Positions 51,097 to 61,900 of a stretch of DNA of 64,000 bases are shown in pieces; the first letter of the stretch is position 1, and each line of letters opens with the position of its first letter. Source of the DNA: Leucoraja erinacea (lineage: Eukaryota); assembly GCF_028641065.1 (NCBI RefSeq), contig NC_073389.1, positions 5,580,001 through 5,644,000 on the forward strand, written 5' to 3'. The notes under the pieces are model-generated. The model did not search any database. It was not told the origin of the DNA and saw nothing but the letters and a program-made list of their open reading frames with translations. Made by a program: the position numbers and the translations under genes.

Positions 51097-52411
51097 TAGG
51101 CTGTGGGCGAGCATCGAAAATGTGTCTAGAATTTAACTTTTGTGACCCATGTCTGGTATCTACTGGAAATTTGGCACAGATTTCGATAAAATATAATTGA
51201 GAAGGAATTCATAACTAGTCAATGCCAAAAGTTGCACACTAATTAATTAAGCTAAGTAGAAAATTAGATACAAAAAGTTAAGCGCCATCTAGTGCTCAAT
51301 GCTTATATTACATCGTGGGAAGCCTAATTCCATGCTGCGGTCTATTTAAACCATATATTATTATACCATATATATATATATATATATAGTTACATATATT
51401 ATATATTATATAAAAATAATATAATGAATATAATTGTGAGTGTGTATGTTGAGTGAGACTGCCGCAGAGGTCCCGGGTTTCACCGGCTCCTGGACCCACC
51501 TAATTAATGGGTGAGGGCAGTTCCTGTGGGTTCCCCCGTTTACTGAACCCCGCTGACTGCCAGTGTGCAGATTGGGGGTCACGGCCATAGTGGGGCTGGG
51601 GCAGTGCCAGGCTGGGGGAAGGCTAAGGCATCTTCCACTGAGAGGAAAATGCCTAACCCTAACCCTAACTCGCCCCCCTTCCAGAGCTGCGCATGGCTGG
51701 AGCTGGAGCCACTTTGGGACCGGCTGCAGGCTTCATACGTGTGGCCGCTAAAAGCGTCCATCTCGGCCAGCGTGCTCTTCTGGATCGTTGTGGTGATGAT
51801 GGTGGCGAGCAGCACCGCCCTGCACGCCGCCCAGGCCGCCTTCAGCACCGCCATAGCGCCGGCTCCGTCGGCCCGCCCGCTCGCTCGCTGCAACACCGGC
51901 CTACCGACAGCCCGACCGACCCCTCGCAGCAACCACCGGCCTGCCGACAGCCCGCCCGACCGACCGACTGACCCTAATCCTAACTCTACATTTTTATTTA
52001 ACAGTTCACATCATAACTTTACAAAGATAAATGTAAAACAAAATTAACAAAATTGTAAGACAATTGTAAAACAAAATTAACAGCAAAATTAGCATTACCT
52101 TTATTCCTTCGAAACCTTGCTATTGTTTTGATGTAATTAGGAGGCAGCCATGATCCCAGAGTGCTCGCTGCCTAGCTACCATGAAACAAAGCGTGATTGG
52201 TCAATAGGCGTCCGACTCAATGTCAAACTTGCTAATTGGACAATTACTACTCGGAAAATTGGAGGTTTTTCTCATATGTAAAAAAATATGTGCAGGTTTT
52301 ATTCTTGACGAGTTTCAGATTTCTATAATACTTTTACACAATATGTTATAATTACAGGTAGTTATGTGATTTGGGTCATGAAATGAAACAAAAAAGCACC
52401 TCGGCCCACAA
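51097..52411. mobile_element. ~1.3 kb putative non-autonomous insertion with a GC-rich core
   Basis: Interrupts a LINE-tail repeat; imperfect inverted ends tgtgggcgag / ctcggcccaca. Confidence 0.45.
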
Positions 52412-52454
52412 CTGATAACAGTGGGGAAGGAGCTATTCCTGAACTTGTGCTATG

Positions 52455-53470
52455 AGTAGCAAAATGTTGAGATTTAAAAAATCAAGTCTGCAATTTATCC
52501 CATCAAATAAAGTATAAAAATAAGTTTAATTTGGCACCTAATTCACTTTCATATCTTCAGTATTTAAAATGTTATGGCCATTTTCATACTCGGAAATTAG
52601 CATCTTGTTCCCTATTGCTTTTCCATTGACTTAACACTAAAGCTGTGATCGAGGACAGTCAAAAGCCCATAACTTTCTTAAAAATTAAGGGAACTGAAAT
52701 ACATTTTCAGTTATTATATATTGAAGCATTCTGAAACAAATATGAAACAATCTTACTTGGATGACCTGAATTTAAAGCATATAATTAGTTAGTTACCTAA
52801 TAGTAGCTAATTACAAAATTCAATTACTAGATCTAAACATCTATCCATTTCTTAAGAAAAGATTAATATTTTTAAATAGCCTAAGTGTCCAAATAACATT
52901 CACGCAAGAATTCACAATATAACATGATTTTTAAAATCTCATTGTCATGAATTTATAGGCCAAATGGAAGGAATTTAGTGTTTTATTCCCATAAATTAAT
53001 GGCAATTTTAATCATCTTGCGAGTGGGATTTTGTGGAACGCGATCGTTTGGAACATTGCATTTGCGGTGAATTTAAACATACTGCCGGTTCTTATGGGGC
53101 CTAAGTCACCTTTTCGCAACGTGAAATTTCGATTAAAGGCATCCTAAGAAGCACGTTTATATGTAAAAATAAACAGCGTACCTTGCTTTGTCCCGTACGT
53201 GAGATCCGTCCCGTTGATGGCATTAGAAGATGATTTTTAATTTACTCCTGCTATTAAATTATCCAGCGCAGTTAAAAAAACAACTTGATAATACGGATGT
53301 TGGAGCGATTATTCTGCAGCAGCTAAACAGCCTGACAAAGATCGACTTCAACAGGCTGGAGGAAAACGGCATTTTAAACCCGTCCCCCTCTCAAAGGCGC
53401 CAAAGTCACGCACACGGCCACTGACTGAACTGCAGCGCCACTGAAGGCAAGTTTTGTAACATACTACCTA
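52455..53470 (-). mobile_element. ~1.02 kb non-autonomous DNA transposon, copy 2
   Basis: Reverse complement of 13428-14468. Confidence 0.8.
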
Positions 53471-54644
53471 TGAGCCTTCAAGCTTCTGCCGGATGGGAGA
53501 GGGGAGAAGCAGGAATGACCGGGGTGTGAGTGGTCCTTGTTTATGCTGAAGGTATTTTTCTGAGGCCGTGTGGTGGAGATGGAGTTGATGTGGAGAGCCT
53601 GGTCTGTGTGATGGACTGGGATGTGTCCACAACACTGCAGTTTCTTGTGGTCTTGGGTGGGCTGTTGGCAAACCAGCTGTGATGCACGGTGACAGGATGT
53701 TTTCCACGTTGCAACTGTGGAGATGGGTTATTGGGTGACTGAGTGACTGGGGATAAGTTGGCCTGAGCAAGGAGAGGTATTGATGTGCTGAAGGTGTTGG
53801 AGAGGGAGGTAGCTGAGGAACAGGTCCAGAGTAATCGGAGAGCCAGCTGCTGGAGACAGAGGCAGACCTCCAACAGATGTCACAAGGTCAAAAGAGATAG
53901 GAGTACAAATATGCCATTCGGCCCATCAAATCTACTGCCATTCAATCATGTCTGATCTATCTCTCCCTCCTAACCTAGATATATTCAAGAGAGAGTTGGA
54001 TTTAGAGATTAGGACTAATGGAATCACGGGATATGGGGAGAAAGCAGGAACGGGATACTGGAAGCAATAAAAGAGCAGGACAAATGAGGGCTGGCAACAG
54101 ATGACTTCAGGCATGGAGGTTGGGTGGGAGATTGCAACCTTCACGTGGTCCACCCTGTTTCGACGAATGCAATCAACCTGCGTGCACAAACAGAAGATCA
54201 AACAAAATGCTGCACTTTCTCTGTAGCTAAAGCAAAGGCTGTCAGGACAGGGAAATAATGCCACCAAACACTGGCAGCCGTCCGTGTGAAAATGAAGGCA
54301 CTGTGAAGCCAGCGGCCGCAAGCCCTTCCCACGGGACCGGGTTTTAAATCGGCATTAAAAAATCAAAACAGAGCTACATTAATTTAAAAACAAAAATGTT
54401 ACATGTATAAGTCGTTCTTACATTCGGGAACATGGTTAATTAACTGGTGGCATTATTTCCCTGTCCTAACGGACTTTGCTTTAGCCGGCGATTACATCCA
54501 TTCCATCCCTCCCTCGCAAAGATGCGAGATTTCAATTTTAGCGCAATTGTTTGAAGTCGGAGACGGGGGGGTCACCCTGGTGTGGGGGTTGGGGTCCGAT
54601 GGTGGTGCATCGCGGTCAGTGACTGTGGGACGCTCCCGCCGGTG

Positions 54645-54950
54645 GAGATGGAGGAGAGAGAGGAAGAGGGAGAGAAAGAGAGAAGGGGGGGGGGAGAGAG
54701 AGAGGTGGGAAAGAGAGAGGAGGAGAGAGAGAAGGGGAGAGAAAGAAGGGAGGGAGAGAGAAGTGAGGGAGAGAGAAGTGAGAGAGAAGGGAGGGACAGA
54801 GAGAAGGGAGAGAGAGGGGGGAGAAGAGGGGAGAAAGAGGAGGAGGAGAGAGAAGAGGAGAGAGAGAAGAGGGGAGTGAGAGGAGGAGAGAGAGAAGGGA
54901 GAGAGAGAGAGAAGGGAGAGAGAGAAGGGAGAGAGAAGGGGGAGACGGGA
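54645..54950. repeat. Polypurine (GA-rich) tract
   Basis: About 300 nt of almost pure G/A on the + strand. Confidence 0.95.
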
Positions 54951-55489
54951 GTGTGGGGTTCCTTTTCCTACACAAGCCATAGGTGACAGGGCATTCTGAA
55001 CTAAAGCACCAAGTTGAAAGTGGCCGAATGTGCGCATCCCTCGGGACAGCCCCCACTCTCCCACGGCCACCCTCCGCGGGTCAGGTGGAGCGGAGGTGTG
55101 GGACAATGTTCATCCCTTCACAGGGATGTGATGGACACGGGAGTCTGGACCAATCGCTGCCAAGTCCCGTCCCCCGGCAACGTCATGTCCGTTACTGGAC
55201 TTTTCTGTTGAGCGGCAGTCGGTCCTTTGGCCTGTAGGCGACGCCGTCTTTCGGGTAGGTGGCGTTTCGGCAGAGCGGCCATTCGATAAGTTTGCTTTTA
55301 AACGACGCAGCTTTTCGGTTCGTTGGCTTTTAGGTGTCCCGCCCTTTCAGTTAGTTTGCATTTAGGCATCCCATCCTTTTGGTTAGGCGTTTCGTCTTCG
55401 TACTCTTTCGGTTTACTGGCGTTTCGGCCTCGCTTCCATTCGGTTCTTTGGCTTCGATTTCTTTGCTTCGGCTTCTCGTCAGTCTAGAG

Positions 55490-56042
55490 AAATACTTTGA
55501 TTGTTGACCTGCCTCCAGTGTACCAATGACCACATTGTCAACAAATCTCCCCACAGCATCAGTTAACTCGTCTATTGAGATCCATATTTTGTTGCATGCA
55601 ACTTCATCTCTAATTTTCTGCACAACAATGTTCAAGTTGTTGTCAACATAATTTTTTCCGTAATGATGACTCGCTTGGTATATGCTCCTGTGTGTATTTC
55701 CCTAAAAAAACTCGGAGAGATTTGTTTTCCAATTTCCACAGTGGAATTCCAGCTTCAATGAATGCGTTGCACAGATCACTCAAACTCAGATTTGCGATTG
55801 GAGCCAGCAGTAAATGTTGTGAGGAGACAAGCTTGCGTATTTCCTACCTTCTGTTTTTCTGCCGCCAACTTGTGTTTAGCTGTCTGTACGTACATGGAGA
55901 TGAAATATTTTATCTCGTGATTCACTGCTCTCTCACATGCGTTGCAAAACAGCACACAGTTGTCTGTAGAGAATATACCACTCCCGTACACTCTCACCAA
56001 ATCGTTCAGTTTTTTACAAGGCATTGACTGGACTTTAGGCAT
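55490..56042 (-). mobile_element. CGGBP1-family hAT transposase 5' fragment, two frameshifts
   Basis: MPKVQS...IFSTDNCVLFCNACERAV...[55 protein letters not shown]. Confidence 0.8.
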
Positions 56043-56819
56043 TTTGACGCTTGCAGGGGTAGATCCTACAGGAGCGGGGATGCCGACCTCTACAGGCAAA
56101 CCAAGTACAAGCTGAGAGGAGGAATCAGAGCTGCCAAGGAAAGGTACTCTGAGAAGTTGAGGAGCAAGTTCTCAGCAAATGACTCTTCTTCCGTGTGGAA
56201 GGGCTTGCACAAAATCACAAGCTACAAGAGGAAAAACCCCCCCCCCCCCGCTCCTTGGACAATCGTCAGCTGACCAACGACCTGAACGAGTTCTACTGCT
56301 GTTTCGATACACAGAAACTTAACCCTGTTAACCCCAACCAACACCTACTCACAGTTTGCAAATACTGGACCCTTTCCCACACACCCCTCTCCAATCACCA
56401 CTTCACACCCACTTACAGCCGGGCTTTGCCCTGGCGGTCTAAATTTTCTTGTAAGTTACGTTAAAACTGCAAAAAGGCGGATTTAGGCACTCAATCATGA
56501 AACAGGCATTCTTCTGGAAATCATCAAAAAAGGCATGAAAAGGCACTTATGGCATAAATCCTGGCTCTACTGATCAGTAAGGGTGTCAGGGGTTACTGGG
56601 AGAAGGTAGGAAAATGGAGTTGAGAGGGAAAGATAGATCAGCAATGATTGAATGGCAGAGTAGACATGATGGGCAATTCTGTTCCTGTGCCTTATGGTCT
56701 TATATCTCAACGTTAGCAACCTAGTGAAAAATATGTCAATGTACAGACAAAGGAACAATGTTATATCGGTGTCTGATCAGTGGATAATTATGTTATACCA
56801 TATCATTAAATCTTTATAG

Positions 56820-56913
56820 GCAAAGAAAATATTACTTGTGCTATAGGAAAAGTCAGTCTTAGCTGTGGCAATGCTGATTGTGATGGCATCACTTGTTTGC
56901 TATTTCAAACGCA
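56820..56913 (+). pseudogene. Candidate transmembrane exon of the Ig-V receptor
   Basis: tctttatag acceptor, A|gtaagt donor (phase 1); encodes KSVLAVAMLIVMASLVCYFKR; 94 nt so one lesion is needed to join the V exon. Confidence 0.6.
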
Positions 56914-58679
56914 GTAAGTATTCTTTCTCATTTAATTAATTTATTGATTCAAAACAAAGATTTCAGACATTTCCTTTGTTTATGTTTGAGTTGCCGGCTA
57001 TTTCGGGTAGATATCACCGTGATGGGTTGTACAGGAAATAGTTAATGGCGCTGAATAACAGTTCCAAAACTGGGCTGGATTAATGAACATGATCAGATGT
57101 GAAGTCGAACTGATCAACAGGGAATTAATGATGGCGGCGTGTTGGCATTTAGCCGGAGGTTGTGCGGTTGAGTTGGTCTTCATTGGAAAATGGAATAAAT
57201 CAGGGAACAAGATGAGTACAGCACAGGAACAGGCCCTTCGGCCCACTATGTCTGTACCGGACATGATGCCCAGTTAAACTGATCTCATGTGCCTGTACAT
57301 GATTCATACCCCTCTATTTCCCACACATCAATGTGCCTTTCTAAAAGCCTCTTAAACACCACTATTGTATCTGCTTCCACCTCCACCCCTGGCAGTGTGT
57401 TCCAGGACCTCACTACTCTGTGTAAAAAATAAACGCCCCGCACCTCCATTCCCCCCCTCACCTACAAGTGATGTCCACACGCATTGGACATTTCCACCCT
57501 GGGGAAACGTTTGTGACGGGTCTCCACCATCCATGCCTCTCATCATTCTACAGGGAAAGCTGGCAGACAGGCTGGTGTGTTGCGAGGAAACGGTCTACAT
57601 CACGATTCTCTGCGACTCGAAGCCGGCTCAAGAAACGTGAGTTGATCTGCTCATCAGTCGACTGTTGACTCATTTCATGAGCAAATGTATTCTGTAACTC
57701 ACATTTTGGGGCGGTGATTTGTGAATTTGGGAAGAGCAACTTCACCTCACCCAAAGCCATTGTTATGGGGCCACCTGTACTTGAAGAGGCTTCACAGCCC
57801 AGAGACCCGGTTTCGATCCTGACCTTGTGTGCTGTCTGAACGGAGTTTGCATGTTCTCCCTGTGACCACGTGGGTTTCCTCCGGGTGCTCCGGTTTGCTC
57901 CCAAAGACACGCCGGCAGTGAATTGGGTGCTGTGATGGCCAAAGGCTTCCAGGGCCATTGATTGGTGCAGAAGTTGTAGATATGCAGGAAATGTCCTGGC
58001 CTCCCATCCACCTCATTGAAGACCTTTGAACAATCGTTAATTTGACTTTAATCAGGCTTCAATGTTATATCTTTGCACTGAATATTGTTCCCTTTATCCG
58101 CACGCTGTGGACAGCTTGTTTGTAATCATTTATAGTCTTTTCTTTGACTGGATAGCACGCAAACGAAAGCATTTCACTGTTCCTCGGTACACGTGGCAAT
58201 AATAAACTAAACTAAACTATGAAGAGCAGCTTAACAATGTCATTCAATGTAACGTGACCGTTATACTTACCAAGTGAGAACACATATCTAAATAGTTGAA
58301 ACATTGACCAATCTTAGCTGATGGTGAATGAAATACATTGATGTAGTTTCCCGTCAAACGAGTTCAGTATTGTTAATGACGTCGGACTCTGGTAGAACAT
58401 TAAGACCACATTGTGTTATAAATAATAATCACACTCGGTTTATAATACTGTACAATATGCTTTATTGCCTGCTAGGAAATAATGCGAGAATAACACTGCA
58501 GCAGCATACAGCATTATAACAGAGGGAAAGGAAAACGGTTTCAGTCACAAAACTAAACACAGGCAATAAACAGTACGCAATATAAAATGATCATCTGTCA
58601 AATTATGCAACTTTTATATAATTAGTGGCTTTAAACTCTTAATTATCAGTAGTAAAATTTCTGAATTCAATTTCTACAG

Positions 58680-58997
58680 AGCATATTAGTAAGAAATATA
58701 TACGGGACTCTGCTCAAAGCAATACAAAGGAGCTATGTACACAGGCACCATCTGTAACAGGAACTGATTCTCCTGTAATAGGGATATCCTAACATCACCA
58801 AGAATTCTGCTTCACTTTTTCAGAATTATACTTCACTGAAATGACTCTTCCAGGAACATCGAAGCGATGACCCACTGCAGTCCCCCAGTTACCGTAAGTG
58901 TGTTTCACCAAGTAGCTTACAATCCCTGTTCCCTGCAAGATTCAGCAACGACAACAGTCATGCCATTAACCCTTTCAATGTATATTATGAACTGTAG
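58680..58997 (+). pseudogene. Candidate cytoplasmic terminal exon of the Ig-V receptor
   Basis: tttctacag acceptor; phase 1 continues YFKR into KHISKKYIRD...; with a 1-nt shift at 58781 and a TGA at 58842 it carries YPNI, YTSL and ends YYEL*. Confidence 0.45.
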
Positions 58998-61900
58998 TAC
59001 TCTGTGGAACACAGTGCAGCTAAATGCTGCGGCATCTACTTTGTTGCCTGCAACAATAGTAAAAAAGGCAAATGTTTCAATATGTTGATGATCACCACCA
59101 CTGCTCTGGTTACCAAGGCTGCAGGTGATTTTAAACACCACCATCTGACAAACCACAAGAGCCATTTCCAAGCATGGTGGTCTCCCTGTAGCACAAGGTG
59201 AGCCAGGACCCCTGAACATCAATTAACTCACTGCAGTGGATCTCAGGTTTCACAGCCGATGGGGGATTTCTTGTCTTTCAATGTCCTGCTCTTTGGGTGT
59301 GTGTTGACACAGACAACAAAGTCCAAAGAGACCCGTTGTATCTGGGACCAGCACTGAGCAAAGAGCCGCAGCCTCTGGCGTTTGGATCTGAGTGAGGAAT
59401 TGTATTGCGGGAAATGTAATGTCAATGTTTTGGTGAATGAAGTTATGCCGTAAAGTGCCTGATCCAGGAATTTGATCAGTCCCTTCCTGAGTTTTCCATG
59501 GTTTACATGCCGTAATGGCACGATGGGTAGCGATGTTTACAGTGACACATCTGAAACTCTGAACTTTCATGTTAGCGGTACAATCAATGTGGATCAAAGG
59601 TCTCCAACAACTGAAGGGAAGAACTGCTGATTGTGATCTCCCTCTCCTAATGCAGTATTAATATCAAAACCACCGGTTCATGCAGGGATGTGGGTAGTTT
59701 CCCCACAGGAAAGGAAAGTTAGTGGCTGGACAGTCCAGCCCAGTCTGGCAGAGTGGACGTTCACTTCAAGAAACATCTCCACACACTGCTAAATATTGGC
59801 GAGTTAGCATTTAATTCAGAGAACCAAAGAAAGTCATAACATGGCTCTATTTCAATAACGGCTTCAATCTAGACTTTGATTGGAATCAAAATTACGTGAA
59901 ATCCTAGAATGGAATTTACACAACAAATTTGGAGTTCAAACTAAATCTATTACTTTTTAATGTAAATGATTGTTTTTTAGGCTTCATAATGGATTTACAT
60001 TGTGACTGGTGGACACAAGAGTAACAATGACGCTTCCTGTTCAAAGTTCCTTATTTCTAATTGTTTGATATTAATGAAGCATTAAATACGCAAGTTGCTG
60101 TGTTATTTATCTTGCTTAATTCAAATATTAGCGATTTCTATTTTAAGTGCAAAAAGCATTAGACAAATACTGAAATGTACTTGTTGGTCTGGGATGATTG
60201 GTGGGTGGACTAATCTTCCTTTAAAACACTTTGATGATATTTCAACCAAAGCCTAAAGGTTGTGGTTTATATATTGACAGAAACTAATGCTGAACCTTTA
60301 AACTAATCAACATGGTTCTGACTATCTGCGGTATTTGACTATCTGCTGTTTATTCTAATGAAATACAATTCCTTTAATACTTCTTGTGAATCAGGAAACA
60401 TCCCTGTATTTTTGGTATTAAAATTAAAATCAACTATACATTATTACATCAATCTATCCCCATCCAAAAAAATTAAATATTTCAGTCTATTGCTGAGTTA
60501 CCATTTACAAATACACGACTGGAATCATTTTAATTGGCCAAAACTAATTTGTGCTAATAAATTATGAAATTGCACCATGGATTTGGTCAACACATTGGGT
60601 GCATTACACTGCTCTCTGCCTCCCTGCAGGCCACCTGTGCTGGCCACCTGTGCAAGTTACCTGTGTTTAACGGCAGGTAAGCACCAGCTTATCACTGAAT
60701 ATCCTCTCTATCATTAATTGGGTATTTTACTGGTCCAGTTATTATGGTCAAAGCTGCAACCTGTGACCACACGAGTCTGATATAAACACACACGTTCATA
60801 CACATAACAGGCTCGGTAGACGGACTTTTCTTTCAAATCTAGATTTTCCAAAATTACATTTTTCTTAAACAATGTGTAAGAAACGCTATTGCAAATGAAT
60901 CTTTTGGCTACAAATATGTTGCTACAGCACTTATATAACTAAGACATGACAATATCAAAGGGTTTACATTTTGTAAAGCCACATTTGTTTTCAGTTCCAA
61001 TTTCAGAGAAACCTTATCGTTTTTGGCCAAACCAATCCCTGCTTTGTTTGCTAATCTATGCTTTACAATTGAAGATAAAAAGGAAATGACAAGTTATATT
61101 ATCTGTTAAAGTTCTAACCATTTAAAATAAACATCTCCAATAAAATTGTGCATGTTAGAGCTGAATGATGAAATTCTATCTAGAAGTGAAGAGCAATATC
61201 CCTCGTTCTCTTGTCTGAATAAATTATTAATTACAGGCAGCAATAGTTTGTTGCCATTCCCATTCTAATCAGAGTATTCTTTAACAACAAGCCTATTAAT
61301 TCTCTGCAACAATTATTTATTTGTATGACACAGGGTCAGAAAAATTGAGTGACATCAACTTGGTCTCAAACAAACGTAACTGGGCTAAGTTTCCAATCAG
61401 AACGAGACACATCTCCCATCTTTATAGATAACGGAGTTATGCCTTAAAGAAGGTTCAACTGCCTCCTTCCTTCCTTCCTTCCTAGGAGTATGAACTCCCG
61501 CTACACACACAAGACGATCCTTACTGCCTCACCCATTACACTCACAATGGAAATTGTGACTGGTCATTGCATTTCTTCGTAACAAAAGCTACTTCAAATA
61601 CACAAATATAAATGATGCATGTGATGCTTTGTAAGTAAAACACTTACATTGAAGATTAGATAAGTCTCTGTACAAACCATGCTGTGACTGTCCGGACATT
61701 TCCCCTACAGATTAAAATAAATTCTTAGGTAACTAAAACGAAGGAAGTAACATGTAGGGGACATGATATCATTTTAGTTACACATTAATCACAAGCAGTC
61801 CCAGTGGGTGGAACAGTTTAGGAGCCTCACAGAATTATTGCAACTTACGTGGATGTAGTAGTGATAGAAGGATTGTTGTGGTCACAATCATCTCTGAATT

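Noticed and set aside
54403-55106. Long R/E-rich and S/L-rich ORFs
   Set aside because: Translations of the GA tract.
55490-56042. Host CGGBP1 gene
   Set aside because: Frameshifted, extends into the transposase catalytic region and is embedded in a composite repeat.
58867-59597. Overlapping 65-115 aa ORFs on both strands
   Set aside because: No recognisable domain; the spliced tail reading explains the 5' part better.
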